From a virus (Duplodnaviria > Caudoviricetes): a stretch of DNA of 57,450 nucleotides. Position numbers and translations under genes: made by a program. Positions 19,339 through 29,242 of this stretch are shown piece after piece; position 1 is the stretch's first letter; every line of letters starts with the position of its first letter. Under the pieces are notes generated by a model. It was not told where the DNA came from. It searched no databases and saw only the letters and a program-made list of their open reading frames with translations. The DNA lies in the IMG/VR virus record IMGVR_UViG_3300035182_002025, positions 1 to 57,450 of that record; one strand, given 5' to 3'.

Positions 19339-19778
19339 TGGCCAACGAAACCATTGTAAAACTCGGCACAGAGAAGACATTAGAGGCCAGCGGTGCGTCT
19401 ATCACTAATAACAGTGTGGCGCAAGCCAACGACGCCACGTACTCCATCTCTGCAGACGGCGCGTACTACCCTGACGCGAGGTTTGTTATCAGCGCTACCT
19501 TTGGCACTGCGCCGACGGAAAACACGCTGTTGTCGCTCTACGCCCGCCCACTTGATGTGGATGGCACGAACGACACTGAGGTGCCAGATGCTACAAGGCC
19601 TACCGTGTACATTGGCGCCTTCACCGTCAACAACGTGACGACTGCGCAGTACATAACACTGACGGCCTACGATGTACCGTGGTTGGCGGAGTACTATATC
19701 CACAACAACGGCACGGGCCAAACCGTGTCTGCCGGATGGACCCTTAAAGTCACCCCATTCACTTTGGCGCCTGCGTAA
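19338..19778 (+). CDS. Putative structural protein (beta-rich)
   Basis: Thr/Ala-rich 146 aa; TAATG coupling on both sides. Confidence 0.65.
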   Translation: MANETIVKLGTEKTLEASGASITNNSVAQANDATYSISADGAYYPDARFVISATFGTAPTENTLLSLYARPLDVDGTNDTEVPDATRPTVYIGAFTVNNVTTAQYITLTAYDVPWLAEYYIHNNGTGQTVSAGWTLKVTPFTLAPA

Positions 19779-20944
19779 TGCCGCTGGTAGTTCGACGAGG
19801 GCACAGAGCCGTACAGCCCAAAGCACCGGTCCAGCTACTTCCTATGTGGCAAGAGGTCATTACGTCGGCCTCACTTTGCACAGTCCCGCCTACGGTCGTA
19901 TTCGACGAAGAGGGCAACGGGCCGTGGACTGCCGGCGGCGTTGCACCTACGCAGGTGCAGACACCTGGGGGGTACGCAGTAAAAAGTAACGGCACCACTG
20001 GGTATTTTATGCGCAACATAAACATAGACTATACCGTGGCAAAATTTCAGTGGTTAGCGGCGTCGTTTGTGGCGGACGTAGTTAGCACTACGCCGTCCGT
20101 TGTCTATAGTATTGCATCCAATGGCGCCAACTCAAACGCAGGCAACAACATCGCTATAGGGACAGGCACTGTCGCCGCTATAATAGGGCAGTTCAGACGG
20201 TTCGACGGCACAGGCGGTATTCTTAACATTGTCGGACCCACCGCAGAAGTAGGGAAAGTGTACAACGTGGTGTGGGTGGCCCCCACAACCAACCCGGTTG
20301 ACGCGTTTATGTACGTCAACGGCACTAGGTATATTGGCGCCACTACTTCCGCGAACGGCACAGGGTCCGTTATTACATATGAAAGCGTTTGCGGATCTCG
20401 CCGCGCCCCCAGCACCTTCACAAACCCCTCCGCCAATCCAGTAATGATGTTGTGCAGAGGATACGGAAAGCTACCAGAACAACTCGCAAGACGACTATCT
20501 GAAAACCCTTGGCAGATATTCGGGGCCAAGCGGAAATTAGTAGGCCTTATCGTACCGTCCGTACAACTGCTTGTGCCTGCGTCCGACATAACCACTGGCA
20601 CCTGGGCGCCTTCTACCGGCGCGACTTTGTTTGGGGTGTTGGACGAGACTACCGCCGATAGCGCGGACTACATCTTCACCACGGCCAACAGCGATTACGC
20701 AGAAGTTAAGCTTAATTCTGCTACGGACCCTTTAGTAAGTACCGGACATATATTAAACTACTGGATAGAACCTGGATCTGGCAGCATCACAGTGGCCCTT
20801 AAACAGGGGGCAACAACAATCGCCAGTTGGACGCACACCCTAACTGGCAGCGTACAAAATATTTCCCAGACGCTAACCGGTACTCAGGCCGACTCGATAA
20901 CAGACTATACGGACATACGCGTCAGCGTGCTGTCTGGAACGTAG
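19778..20944 (+). CDS. Putative fibre/receptor-binding protein with a divergent LamG-like domain
   Basis: VYNVVW..MYVNG and LSENPWQIF motifs; Thr-rich C-terminal domain. Confidence 0.55.
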   Translation: MPLVVRRGHRAVQPKAPVQLLPMWQEVITSASLCTVPPTVVFDEEGNGPWTAGGVAPTQVQTPGGYAVKSNGTTGYFMRNINIDYTVAKFQWLAASFVADVVSTTPSVVYSIASNGANSNAGNNIAIGTGTVAAIIGQFRRFDGTGGILNIVGPTAEVGKVYNVVWVAPTTNPVDAFMYVNGTRYIGATTSANGTGSVITYESVCGSRRAPSTFTNPSANPVMMLCRGYGKLPEQLARRLSENPWQIFGAKRKLVGLIVPSVQLLVPASDITTGTWAPSTGATLFGVLDETTADSADYIFTTANSDYAEVKLNSATDPLVSTGHILNYWIEPGSGSITVALKQGATTIASWTHTLTGSVQNISQTLTGTQADSITDYTDIRVSVLSGT

Positions 20945-20952
20945 GAGCTAAC

Positions 20953-22200
20953 ATGCCAGTTCAACACGTATTCTCGAACACCGTAGCGGACGGCACGAAC
21001 TCAAGCATCGTACGCCCCTCCGACTGGAATTCGTTCCATAACCAGCTAATGACGATCTCCGGCAACACCGCTGGACAGTCGTCTATAAGCGGGACCAACA
21101 TTGTTTTTGCAGGCGGCGACGGCGTCACGCTGTCCGCGTCGACCGCGGCCGGCGCGGCGACCATAAGCGTCAATGTAAATACCGCACCAGATTTAATAGC
21201 TATTGTAGGGAATACATCTGGAACAGCTTCTACTTTTACCGGAGATACTTTTTATCTATCTGGTGGAAATAATATAACACTATCCAATAATGCCGGAACA
21301 ATTGCTATACATGGAAATGATGGGGGAGGATTGCCACAAATTGCACAATCTTACGGTACTCAAGGAGCTACTGCTACAAGTTCAATAGGACATAGATCAT
21401 TGTATATAGCTTATTGCCCTATCCAAGATAATATTAGTGTAAACAGATTAGATCAATATGGAAGTATTGGTCATGCTGCGACTACATCTTTTACAACTTC
21501 TACAGCAGGAAATACATCAGTATCAGCCGCCGCAGTTAACTCTTGGACTTTTGGTAAAACATTAGGCTTGTATGTTTTAGGTTCCGGAACAAATTCTACT
21601 AGATTAGAGTCTATTAGCGGTTCTACTTCTATGTCTATTGGTGCTACAAAAGGATATTCTTATTCTTTTAGCATAAGTTCAAATTCTGCTACTCACGGAG
21701 CTACTAATGGGCTTTCTATTGCTGTAGTTAGATCAATTGATTTATCAGGAAATGCTACTTATTCTACAATACCTTTTACATCTACAGCTAGTAATACAGC
21801 TTCTTCTGCTGCGGTTATAACTACCACTACTGGTACTACTTCAGTACAATTAACTATATCTGGTGGATTACAAGGTCAGAAACTTATAGTACATCCTTGG
21901 GCTACTACTTTAACACCTGGAGGATATTGGGTTGCGCAGATACATCAATCTAGTTCTACTAGTGTAGGAACTAACTCTACAGTAATGTCTGTAAATCAAA
22001 TATTAATGTCAACAGGATCAAGAGGAGGTGTAGGTCATCTATTTTCACAAGCTGATCTTTCCAATAGCCATATATTTCCTAATGGTGTTTATAGTGCAAC
22101 TACTTTATCTTTACCTTCTACAATAAATTTTACACAAATATCTGCATTTGGCTCCCAATACACTATTCCAGGTATTTTTATGCGTGCTTCTTTATCTTAA
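20953..22200 (+). CDS. Ser/Thr-rich fibre-like protein with an AT-rich C-terminal coding segment
   Basis: AGGAG RBS before ATG 20953; VRPSDWNS.H N-terminus; two GNT.G....GG..(V/I)TLS repeats. Confidence 0.7.
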   Translation: MPVQHVFSNTVADGTNSSIVRPSDWNSFHNQLMTISGNTAGQSSISGTNIVFAGGDGVTLSASTAAGAATISVNVNTAPDLIAIVGNTSGTASTFTGDTFYLSGGNNITLSNNAGTIAIHGNDGGGLPQIAQSYGTQGATATSSIGHRSLYIAYCPIQDNISVNRLDQYGSIGHAATTSFTTSTAGNTSVSAAAVNSWTFGKTLGLYVLGSGTNSTRLESISGSTSMSIGATKGYSYSFSISSNSATHGATNGLSIAVVRSIDLSGNATYSTIPFTSTASNTASSAAVITTTTGTTSVQLTISGGLQGQKLIVHPWATTLTPGGYWVAQIHQSSSTSVGTNSTVMSVNQILMSTGSRGGVGHLFSQADLSNSHIFPNGVYSATTLSLPSTINFTQISAFGSQYTIPGIFMRASLS

Positions 22201-22208
22201 TATAACTT

Positions 22209-22943
22209 ATGCAACCACAAATAATCAGCAGTTATGACGGAGGGGCTCATAACGCAGATTTGGATAAAACCATATCGCGTTTGACCGCTGACAAATCTTA
22301 CAAAGACCTATCGTGCATCCAGATCGTGCCGTGCTTTGGGCAAATACCCACAAAAGCCGTCGCCTCATGGATGAACATGTACGCGCCCCCCAACGCCAAG
22401 TTTACTCGGCTGTGGGCGGTAGGCATGGAGGTAGGCAAAGCTTTCAGCTCGGCTATCGAGAGTATCTTGGCCCACCCAGACTTGTCTAAGTGGAAGTACA
22501 TCATAACGCTTGAGCATGACAATACCCCGCCGGCTGACGGGATAGTCAAATTATTGACGCGGATGGAGGAGCACCCGGAGTACGCCTGCATCGGCGGTCT
22601 GTATTACACGCAAGGTCCAGGGGGGTGCGCACAGATTTGGGGTGACCCCAAAGACCCTGTGATAAATTTTCGCCCGCAGCGCCCGGATCCTAACGGAGGG
22701 CTGGTAGAGTGCGTAGGTACCGGCATGGGTTTCAACGCGTGGCGGTTGGACATGTTCAAAGATGAGCGCCTTAGAAAGCCGTGGTTTGTAACCCAGACCG
22801 AAAATGGGTGTGCCACGCAAGATTTGTACTTCTGGAACGACGCCAGAAAGTACGGCTATCGCTGCGCTATCGATTGCTCAGTGAAAGTAGGGCACTATGA
22901 TTTAACGGGGGCCCGCGGAGGGATCCCTGATTATACGTGGTGA
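22209..22943 (+). CDS. GT-A fold (GT2-like) glycosyltransferase
   Basis: YIITLEHD (DxD-like), IGGLY, GTGMGF, TQDLYF, DCSVKVGH. Confidence 0.8.
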   Translation: MQPQIISSYDGGAHNADLDKTISRLTADKSYKDLSCIQIVPCFGQIPTKAVASWMNMYAPPNAKFTRLWAVGMEVGKAFSSAIESILAHPDLSKWKYIITLEHDNTPPADGIVKLLTRMEEHPEYACIGGLYYTQGPGGCAQIWGDPKDPVINFRPQRPDPNGGLVECVGTGMGFNAWRLDMFKDERLRKPWFVTQTENGCATQDLYFWNDARKYGYRCAIDCSVKVGHYDLTGARGGIPDYTW

Positions 22944-23479
22944 CCTACACGCTTGAGAGTTACGTATATTAGGCTGATAGAAACCTTAAACATTTCGGCT
23001 AGGCTTCTAACGTCGTGAGCATTTTTATATAAAGCGTATATTTCTAGTTCTTGGGTTAGAGTTAGTTTTTTGTTGGTGGAAATTACAGAAGATAAAGGTC
23101 CGAATTTTCCAAATGGATTCCTGGCTGGAGTATGATGCAGGATAGTATGGCGGCCGTTACTGGGGCACAATTCTAGGTTGGATATGGAGTTGTTTAATTT
23201 GTTTGAATCTTTGTGGTGAACGCATTCTTGCTTAGACAATAGCCGGCCTAAATGGGCCTCCATAACTAATCTGTGTTCGCACACATAACCTAATTTCGTA
23301 GCATTAGGGTGGGATGGGCTATATACATACACGTACCCGTCAACTATTACGGATCCGCCGCGCCATTTAGGGTTTAGATTACCTGTTCTAACGTAGCATT
23401 TAGCAGAACAGTAGTATAGTTTTTGAGAAGGGGGAGCCGTATAGGTACACCCACATGTTTTACATACTTTTAACGCCAT
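22931..23479 (-). CDS. HNH homing endonuclease with N-terminal Zn finger and C-terminal HTH
   Basis: CKTC..YCSAKC; EHRLVME.HLGR.L...ECVHHKDSNKLNN..SNL. Confidence 0.9.
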   Translation of the reverse strand: MALKVCKTCGCTYTAPPSQKLYYCSAKCYVRTGNLNPKWRGGSVIVDGYVYVYSPSHPNATKLGYVCEHRLVMEAHLGRLLSKQECVHHKDSNKLNNSISNLELCPSNGRHTILHHTPARNPFGKFGPLSSVISTNKKLTLTQELEIYALYKNAHDVRSLAEMFKVSISLIYVTLKRVGHHV

Positions 23480-23493
23480 AAGAGAGGAAATGG

Positions 23494-24090
23494 ATGAGTG
23501 ATATAATTGAAAGACCTAAGTCTATCACAAGATTGGACATCGGATGTGGACCTAACAAACGCGAAGGCTTTGTAGGCGTAGACCAGTATGATATGCCGAA
23601 CGTCGACGTTGTACTCAACGTCGTAGAGAAGGGAGAAAACGGGACTTTTAAAAGATGGCCGTGGGAGGACAACTCTGTAGACGAGATACATACATCGCAC
23701 TTCATAGAGCACCTGACAGCACTCGAGCGCATACACTTCGTTAACGAGGCATACCGAGTGTTGAAGCCCGGGGGCTCTGTCACGATTATCACCCCGCATT
23801 GGGCCAGCAATAGGGCCTATGGCGATCTTACCCACCAATGGCCCCCTGTTGCCGAGATGTGGTACTACTACTTGAAGCAAGAGTGGCGGGACACTAACGC
23901 CCCCCACAACGACATCAAGTGGAATCCGCTCGGGTATTCTTGCGATTTCGACGCGACCTGGGGATATTCATATTCTCCAGATTTAGCCGTTAGGCACCCT
24001 GATCATGTACAATTCGCGTTAGCAAATTATAAAGAAGCCGCGCAGGATCTCCATGCCACGCTGACTAAACCTAAACCTCCTGAGGATTAA
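23494..24090 (+). CDS. Class I SAM-dependent methyltransferase
   Basis: RLDIGCG, GVD, WPWEDNSVDEI..SHFIEHL, EAYRVLKPGG, TPH. Confidence 0.92.
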   Translation: MSDIIERPKSITRLDIGCGPNKREGFVGVDQYDMPNVDVVLNVVEKGENGTFKRWPWEDNSVDEIHTSHFIEHLTALERIHFVNEAYRVLKPGGSVTIITPHWASNRAYGDLTHQWPPVAEMWYYYLKQEWRDTNAPHNDIKWNPLGYSCDFDATWGYSYSPDLAVRHPDHVQFALANYKEAAQDLHATLTKPKPPED

Positions 24091-24093
24091 TAC

Positions 24094-25680
24094 ATGGCCG
24101 CTGGATTTCAGTCAGATGCGTTTCAGACGGATGCGTTTCAGACTGACGCCGCGGGCACAACAACACTCACAGGAATAGCAATTACGGCCTCGCCCGGGGC
24201 CGTTACTGCAGGTAGCTCTACCACGCTTACCGGCGCCGCTGCAGCTACTTCAACAGGTGCTACCACCGCAACACTGTCGATAGGCCTTACCGGGCTGGCG
24301 GTGACGTCTTCTACCGGGGCGTTAACGGCGACAAACGCCTCCGCGCTTTCCGGTATAACGACAGCCGCCCTTCTAGGGGCATTAGTACCGGTAGAGGCAT
24401 TAGCCTTATCAGGTAACGCCTCTGCGCTATCTTCAGGAACAGTTACCACCCTTAGCGCGCCTAGTTTAATCGGACAGGCAAGTGCGGTAACAACAGGCGC
24501 AACCGCGCCGACTTTAGACAGTTCCTTGACAGGATCTGCGGCTAGTGCCGCCACGGGCGCCCTCAGCGCTGACAGGACTGTACCCCTTACCGGCGCTAGC
24601 ATTACTTCAGCGTCCGGTACCGTATCGCTGATAGCGATTGACGCCAAGGTTAGCTGGGTACAATTTCAAATACCTTACGCCGCACCCTCCGGAACCGTAG
24701 CGCTAACCGGCATAGCTTTAAACGCCTCGCAAGGCGCGTTATCGCCCTCCAATCAGGTGGCGACGACAGGAGCTACTGCCACTTTAAGTATAGGTACGGC
24801 TACCGCGGCTGAAAGCATAGCGGTTACAGGACAGTCTTCTGCGGCGGCAACAGGCACCGTCACCCCTACAGAATCGGTATCGCTAAACGGCGCCGCTATA
24901 ACGGCCTCAGGGGGTGCAATATCAGGTACAGCCGCCGTTGGTGCGACAGGACAAGCGTCGGCGGCATCCGCCGGGACTGTTACGCCAGCGGACGCCGTTG
25001 CACTGACAGGCGCGCAAATAGCGACAGCCATAGGCTCTTTGACGCCGTCCACGGCCTTTACAGTAGCGCTGACTGGCATCGCCATAACGCCGGTAACCGG
25101 TACCGCCATACCTAACAACTCAACCGCTTTAACGGGACAGAGCGCCGCAACCTCTCAGGGCGTAGTATCGCCTCCCGGCAATACGGTCATTGCGCTTACA
25201 GGCTTGAGTTCTGCGGTATTGCAGGGCGCAGTAACCGGTACGTTCAGCTTTGCGCTTACGGGTCGATCGGCCACGTTCACTGCGGGTACGGTAGCTTACT
25301 TTGCAACGCCTACCGTAACCGGCGCGCAGATTTCTGTACTCCGGAAGGATCTATTCGCAACAGCCTCGAAAGCCATAGCGGGGCAGCTCTCTACGTCCGC
25401 CATAGGGTCGGTATTAGCAGCACTGGCAGGATTGCCGATAGGGCAATCGCTAGTGGTCGGCCAAGGCCAGAACGCCGTAGTTATCACCCGGACGCTTACA
25501 GGCGCCGCGGTAAGTACTAGCCAAGGCACCGTAGAGTTTACGCGGAACGATCTGGCCCTACCTCTGGTGGGGCAAGCCATAAACACCCAGCTTGGAAGAG
25601 TGGGGATAGGAGGCGGTACATGGGGGTATTCAACTCGGGTATACTTGGGCGATTCTCCCATAACCGTACTTCAGGTATAA
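24094..25680 (+). CDS. Ala/Thr/Ser/Gly-rich repetitive fibre-like protein
   Basis: N-terminal FQSDAFQTDAFQTD repeat; many ~20-aa (A)LTG.......G repeats. Confidence 0.7.
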   Translation: MAAGFQSDAFQTDAFQTDAAGTTTLTGIAITASPGAVTAGSSTTLTGAAAATSTGATTATLSIGLTGLAVTSSTGALTATNASALSGITTAALLGALVPVEALALSGNASALSSGTVTTLSAPSLIGQASAVTTGATAPTLDSSLTGSAASAATGALSADRTVPLTGASITSASGTVSLIAIDAKVSWVQFQIPYAAPSGTVALTGIALNASQGALSPSNQVATTGATATLSIGTATAAESIAVTGQSSAAATGTVTPTESVSLNGAAITASGGAISGTAAVGATGQASAASAGTVTPADAVALTGAQIATAIGSLTPSTAFTVALTGIAITPVTGTAIPNNSTALTGQSAATSQGVVSPPGNTVIALTGLSSAVLQGAVTGTFSFALTGRSATFTAGTVAYFATPTVTGAQISVLRKDLFATASKAIAGQLSTSAIGSVLAALAGLPIGQSLVVGQGQNAVVITRTLTGAAVSTSQGTVEFTRNDLALPLVGQAINTQLGRVGIGGGTWGYSTRVYLGDSPITVLQV

Positions 25681-25683
25681 CAC

Positions 25684-28600
25684 ATGGCCGGCGATCCGTT
25701 TTACTCAAGCGTCAGTTTACTCCTACACTGCGACGGCACTAACGGCAGCACTACCTTCACTGACAACTCGCCTTCACCGAAAACGGTAACAGCGAACGGT
25801 AATGCGCAGATAAGTACAGCGCAGAGTCAATTTGGAGGGGCCAGCGCGCTTTTTGACGGTACGGGGGATTACCTTAGTACACCGTTCGATTCCGGGCTAT
25901 CGATAGGAACGTCTGATTTCACAATAGAGTTTTTCGTATACCTAGCGGGGAATTCCGCGATAGATGGCGGCGGTGCTATGCGGGCATGCGTATGGTCCTC
26001 GTATAACTCTGGGGTAGCCGCGAATGGGTACGCCGTAATAATACACGGAACAAGCACCACCACCGGAGCCATCGGGGTATACCTAGACGTATATAACTCC
26101 TCTGTGGAAACTGTTATACAGACCGCAGCCGCACTGTCGCAAGGAGTGTGGCATCACATAGCCATATGCCGTTCTGGCTCAAACAACTACATATTTTACG
26201 ACGGGGTGTCACAAACACTTTCTTCAAACACAGTAACCTCTTCTACGACCATAAACGTCCCTGCAACCCAAACAAGTTATGTAGGGCACACCCCGCTAAC
26301 TAGCCTACCGTGGGATATTAACGGGTACATAGACGATTTCCGCATAACGAAAGGCGTTGCCAGATACACGGCCAATTTCACCCCTCCAACAGAAGCTTTC
26401 GGGAATTCACTAGGGGTTTACGGGCTGCCGGTGTCGGTGCTGCCCAGCGCCCAGCTCGATCCGTACTACGCCAACACCGTACTCTCGCTCCATTGCGACG
26501 GCGCTAACGGCAGCACTACCTTTACGGATACATCTCCTTCTCCGAAAACTGTGTCGGCGGTGGGCAACGCGCAGATAAGTACAGCACAAAGTCAATTCGG
26601 GGGCGCCAGCGCCCTATTTGATGGGACAGGGGACTACCTCACAATACCGTCAAACGCTGGGTGGCAATTTGGCGGTGGAGACTGGACTATAGAGGCGTGG
26701 ATTTACAGGACGGTAGACACAGCTACGGGAGACATAATGGCCTGCCGAAACGCCGCCAGTACGCAACCGTTTTGGCTGTTGCGGCGTAATGCCGGAGGGG
26801 CTATAAGGTTCGACCATGTGAACACCGGGTCAGTAACGGTTACTGACGTAACAACTACGCAGACTACGGCCATAAACACCTGGAACCACGTAGCGGTGTG
26901 CAGAATTTCTGGCGTGGTAAGCATATACATCAACGGGGCGCTAGCCACGTTGACGGGTACGAACTCTACCACGGCATACGGGGCCTCGGCGGCGGCCCTG
27001 CTAATAGGGTCCGGGGACACCTCGGATTCTTGGGCCGGCAATATAGACGACGTCCGCATAACGAAAGGCGTTGCCAGATACACGGCCAATTTTACGCCGC
27101 CTACTGGCCCTAATCCAGATTCAACCTATCCTCTGACGGCAACCCCCACGCTCCCTCAGATCGGGCAAAGCATTACGGTTACGCCGACCACGCCGTATCT
27201 GCAGTTTGACCCTTACTACAGCAGTGTCAGCTTGCTGCTACACTGCAACGGGGCTAACGCTAGCACGACTTTTGTCGACCACTCTATCTCTCCTAAAACG
27301 GTAACAGGGGTAGGCAACGCGCAAATAAGTACTGCGCAAAGCAAGTTCGATGGGGCGAGCGCACTTTTTGACGGGTCGGGGGATTACATAGACGTCACAG
27401 ATAACGCCGCACTAGAGCTTGGATCTGGAAATTTTACGTTAGAGGCGTGGATATACCCCACAGCTTTCGCCGCTAATAACGGGGGGACATTTAGCTCCAC
27501 TATAATGTGTAAGTACACAGCGTCTAATCGGGCTTTCAACGTCTTCATATCGGGGACGTCTACCAGCTTTACCAGTTTAAACTTTGTGATATCCACCGAC
27601 GGCGCTTTAGAGCAATCAACCATCACGGCGTCGACCACATTTTCGCTAAATACTTGGTATCACATAGCCGTAACAAGAGCCTCTGGAACATTGTACCTGT
27701 TCAGTAACGGGGTGCTTCTGAACACCGGCGGGACAGCGTATGCGCATACCGTGTTTAACGGCACCGCACCGGTACGGATAGGCGCCCTAGATTTCGACGC
27801 CACGTATAAAAGGTACTTCACGGGTAATATAGACGACGTCCGCATAACGAACGGAGTTGCTAGATACACGGCCAATTTTACGCCGCCAGCAGCCCCACTC
27901 CCCGATATGGGCGGGGTAGTGTTGGCAGGCATAATGGCGGTTTTCAGCGGAGGCGCAAGCCTCCCAAACAGCGCCGTACCTCAGGTAGGCCAAAGCTCAA
28001 CCGCCTCGCAAGGGACTGTTGCGCAGCTAATATCGCAGGCCTTGGCAGGGTCAGCCGCCACCACTACCATAGGGTCTGCACTGTCGAATTCCGCCATCCC
28101 TCAGACTGGACAAGCGATTACCCTATCGAAAGGCACTTTTGCCGAAGTGCTTAACGGCTTGTTTTTTGCGCTTACCGGGCAGCAAACTACGCTTACGCCA
28201 GGGTCGACCAAAGCTGCGGTATCTGCGGCGCTTTCCGGAATATTCGCGACAGCGCAAAGCGGAGGGCTTACAGTATTCTCTGCTTCCGTGGCGGCGTTAA
28301 CGGGGCTTTCCGTTTCGGCGGTACGAGGCGCCTTACAGGAGCTTACCGCAGCGTATTTAAACGGAATGGCCGCAGCTACTAATAGCGGCGGCGTCGGGTT
28401 CGTAAAGTTTGCACCGCTTTCTGGCGTAAGCACGTCCCTTGTAGAGGGCCATCCTGTAGCCACGCATACCTTTGGCGCTACGGGATACACGATTACCCTC
28501 AGCAAAAACGGCGTGGGTGTGGGTATACCGCTGACGAAGGCCGCTACGTTGACCGCTTCTTCCGGATTGATAAAGGCTATCCGTGACAAGGCTATTACCG

Positions 28601-28935
28601 GATCGGCGCTAAGCCTTTCCGCCGGAGCAGTGGTGAAAGCAGCGTCCCGGCTGTTGACTGGTCAAACCGTCACCTTCTCGCAAGGCCACAACGTCGTTAC
28701 GCTATCGAAAAGCGCCACCGGGCAAACGGTGTTTAGCGGGAAAGGCCAGATAGTATTCAACACCTCTGACGTAAAAGTATCGATACAAGGCAACGAAATC
28801 GTTACATCGCAAGGGAATATCTATATCGGCGCCGATCAGTGGTACAATTTCACTCGCGTATTAAGCTGCGGAACTGAAGTGGTCGTTGTCCAGTTTGAAA
28901 ACCACCGCGACATTACCGTCGTACAAATTTCATAA
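25684..28935 (+). CDS. Receptor-binding/fibre protein with three LamG (concanavalin A-like) domains and ALTG repeats
   Basis: Three units DP.Y..V.L.LHC.G...FDG.GDY...(F/W)T(I/L)E...W.H(I/V)A...IDD.RIT.GVARYTANFTPP. Confidence 0.9.
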   Translation: MAGDPFYSSVSLLLHCDGTNGSTTFTDNSPSPKTVTANGNAQISTAQSQFGGASALFDGTGDYLSTPFDSGLSIGTSDFTIEFFVYLAGNSAIDGGGAMRACVWSSYNSGVAANGYAVIIHGTSTTTGAIGVYLDVYNSSVETVIQTAAALSQGVWHHIAICRSGSNNYIFYDGVSQTLSSNTVTSSTTINVPATQTSYVGHTPLTSLPWDINGYIDDFRITKGVARYTANFTPPTEAFGNSLGVYGLPVSVLPSAQLDPYYANTVLSLHCDGANGSTTFTDTSPSPKTVSAVGNAQISTAQSQFGGASALFDGTGDYLTIPSNAGWQFGGGDWTIEAWIYRTVDTATGDIMACRNAASTQPFWLLRRNAGGAIRFDHVNTGSVTVTDVTTTQTTAINTWNHVAVCRISGVVSIYINGALATLTGTNSTTAYGASAAALLIGSGDTSDSWAGNIDDVRITKGVARYTANFTPPTGPNPDSTYPLTATPTLPQIGQSITVTPTTPYLQFDPYYSSVSLLLHCNGANASTTFVDHSISPKTVTGVGNAQISTAQSKFDGASALFDGSGDYIDVTDNAALELGSGNFTLEAWIYPTAFAANNGGTFSSTIMCKYTASNRAFNVFISGTSTSFTSLNFVISTDGALEQSTITASTTFSLNTWYHIAVTRASGTLYLFSNGVLLNTGGTAYAHTVFNGTAPVRIGALDFDATYKRYFTGNIDDVRITNGVARYTANFTPPAAPLPDMGGVVLAGIMAVFSGGASLPNSAVPQVGQSSTASQGTVAQLISQALAGSAATTTIGSALSNSAIPQTGQAITLSKGTFAEVLNGLFFALTGQQTTLTPGSTKAAVSAALSGIFATAQSGGLTVFSASVAALTGLSVSAVRGALQELTAAYLNGMAAATNSGGVGFVKFAPLSGVSTSLVEGHPVATHTFGATGYTITLSKNGVGVGIPLTKAATLTASSGLIKAIRDKAITGSALSLSAGAVVKAASRLLTGQTVTFSQGHNVVTLSKSATGQTVFSGKGQIVFNTSDVKVSIQGNEIVTSQGNIYIGADQWYNFTRVLSCGTEVVVVQFENHRDITVVQIS

Positions 28936-28953
28936 TCATTTTTGGAGGAAAAC

Positions 28954-29142
28954 ATGGCTTTAGTATTCACCACCTTGGGCTTAGTCGACAGCAGCGATCT
29001 GAAAGTTCAGGACATCGTAACGATGGACGACAACGCGCGCTGTTATGCTACCGAATGGTATTTCGGCGAAGAAATGGTGCGCAGAGATGTATGGGTTAGC
29101 GCGCTGCGCCCAGCCGATATGATCGGTGAGCAAGGCGGCTAA
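28954..29142 (+). CDS. Small hypothetical protein
   Basis: GGAGG RBS before ATG 28954. Confidence 0.65.
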   Translation: MALVFTTLGLVDSSDLKVQDIVTMDDNARCYATEWYFGEEMVRRDVWVSALRPADMIGEQGG

Positions 29143-29242
29143 AACACTAATGGAAAAATGCACAGGGATGTGGTATTTAACACTTTGAATTTTCTTTTTA
29201 TGCGCGCCGAGAAGGCGCTAAATCCCCGCGGAGGGAAGTAAA

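Noticed and set aside
25684-27890. Diversity-generating retroelement (TR/VR) in the LamG repeats
   Set aside because: No reverse transcriptase in the window; all repeats are in-frame coding and differences are not adenine-specific
24138-28589. Multiple antisense ORFs over the fibre genes
   Set aside because: Expected shadows of Ala/Thr/Gly/Ser codon bias
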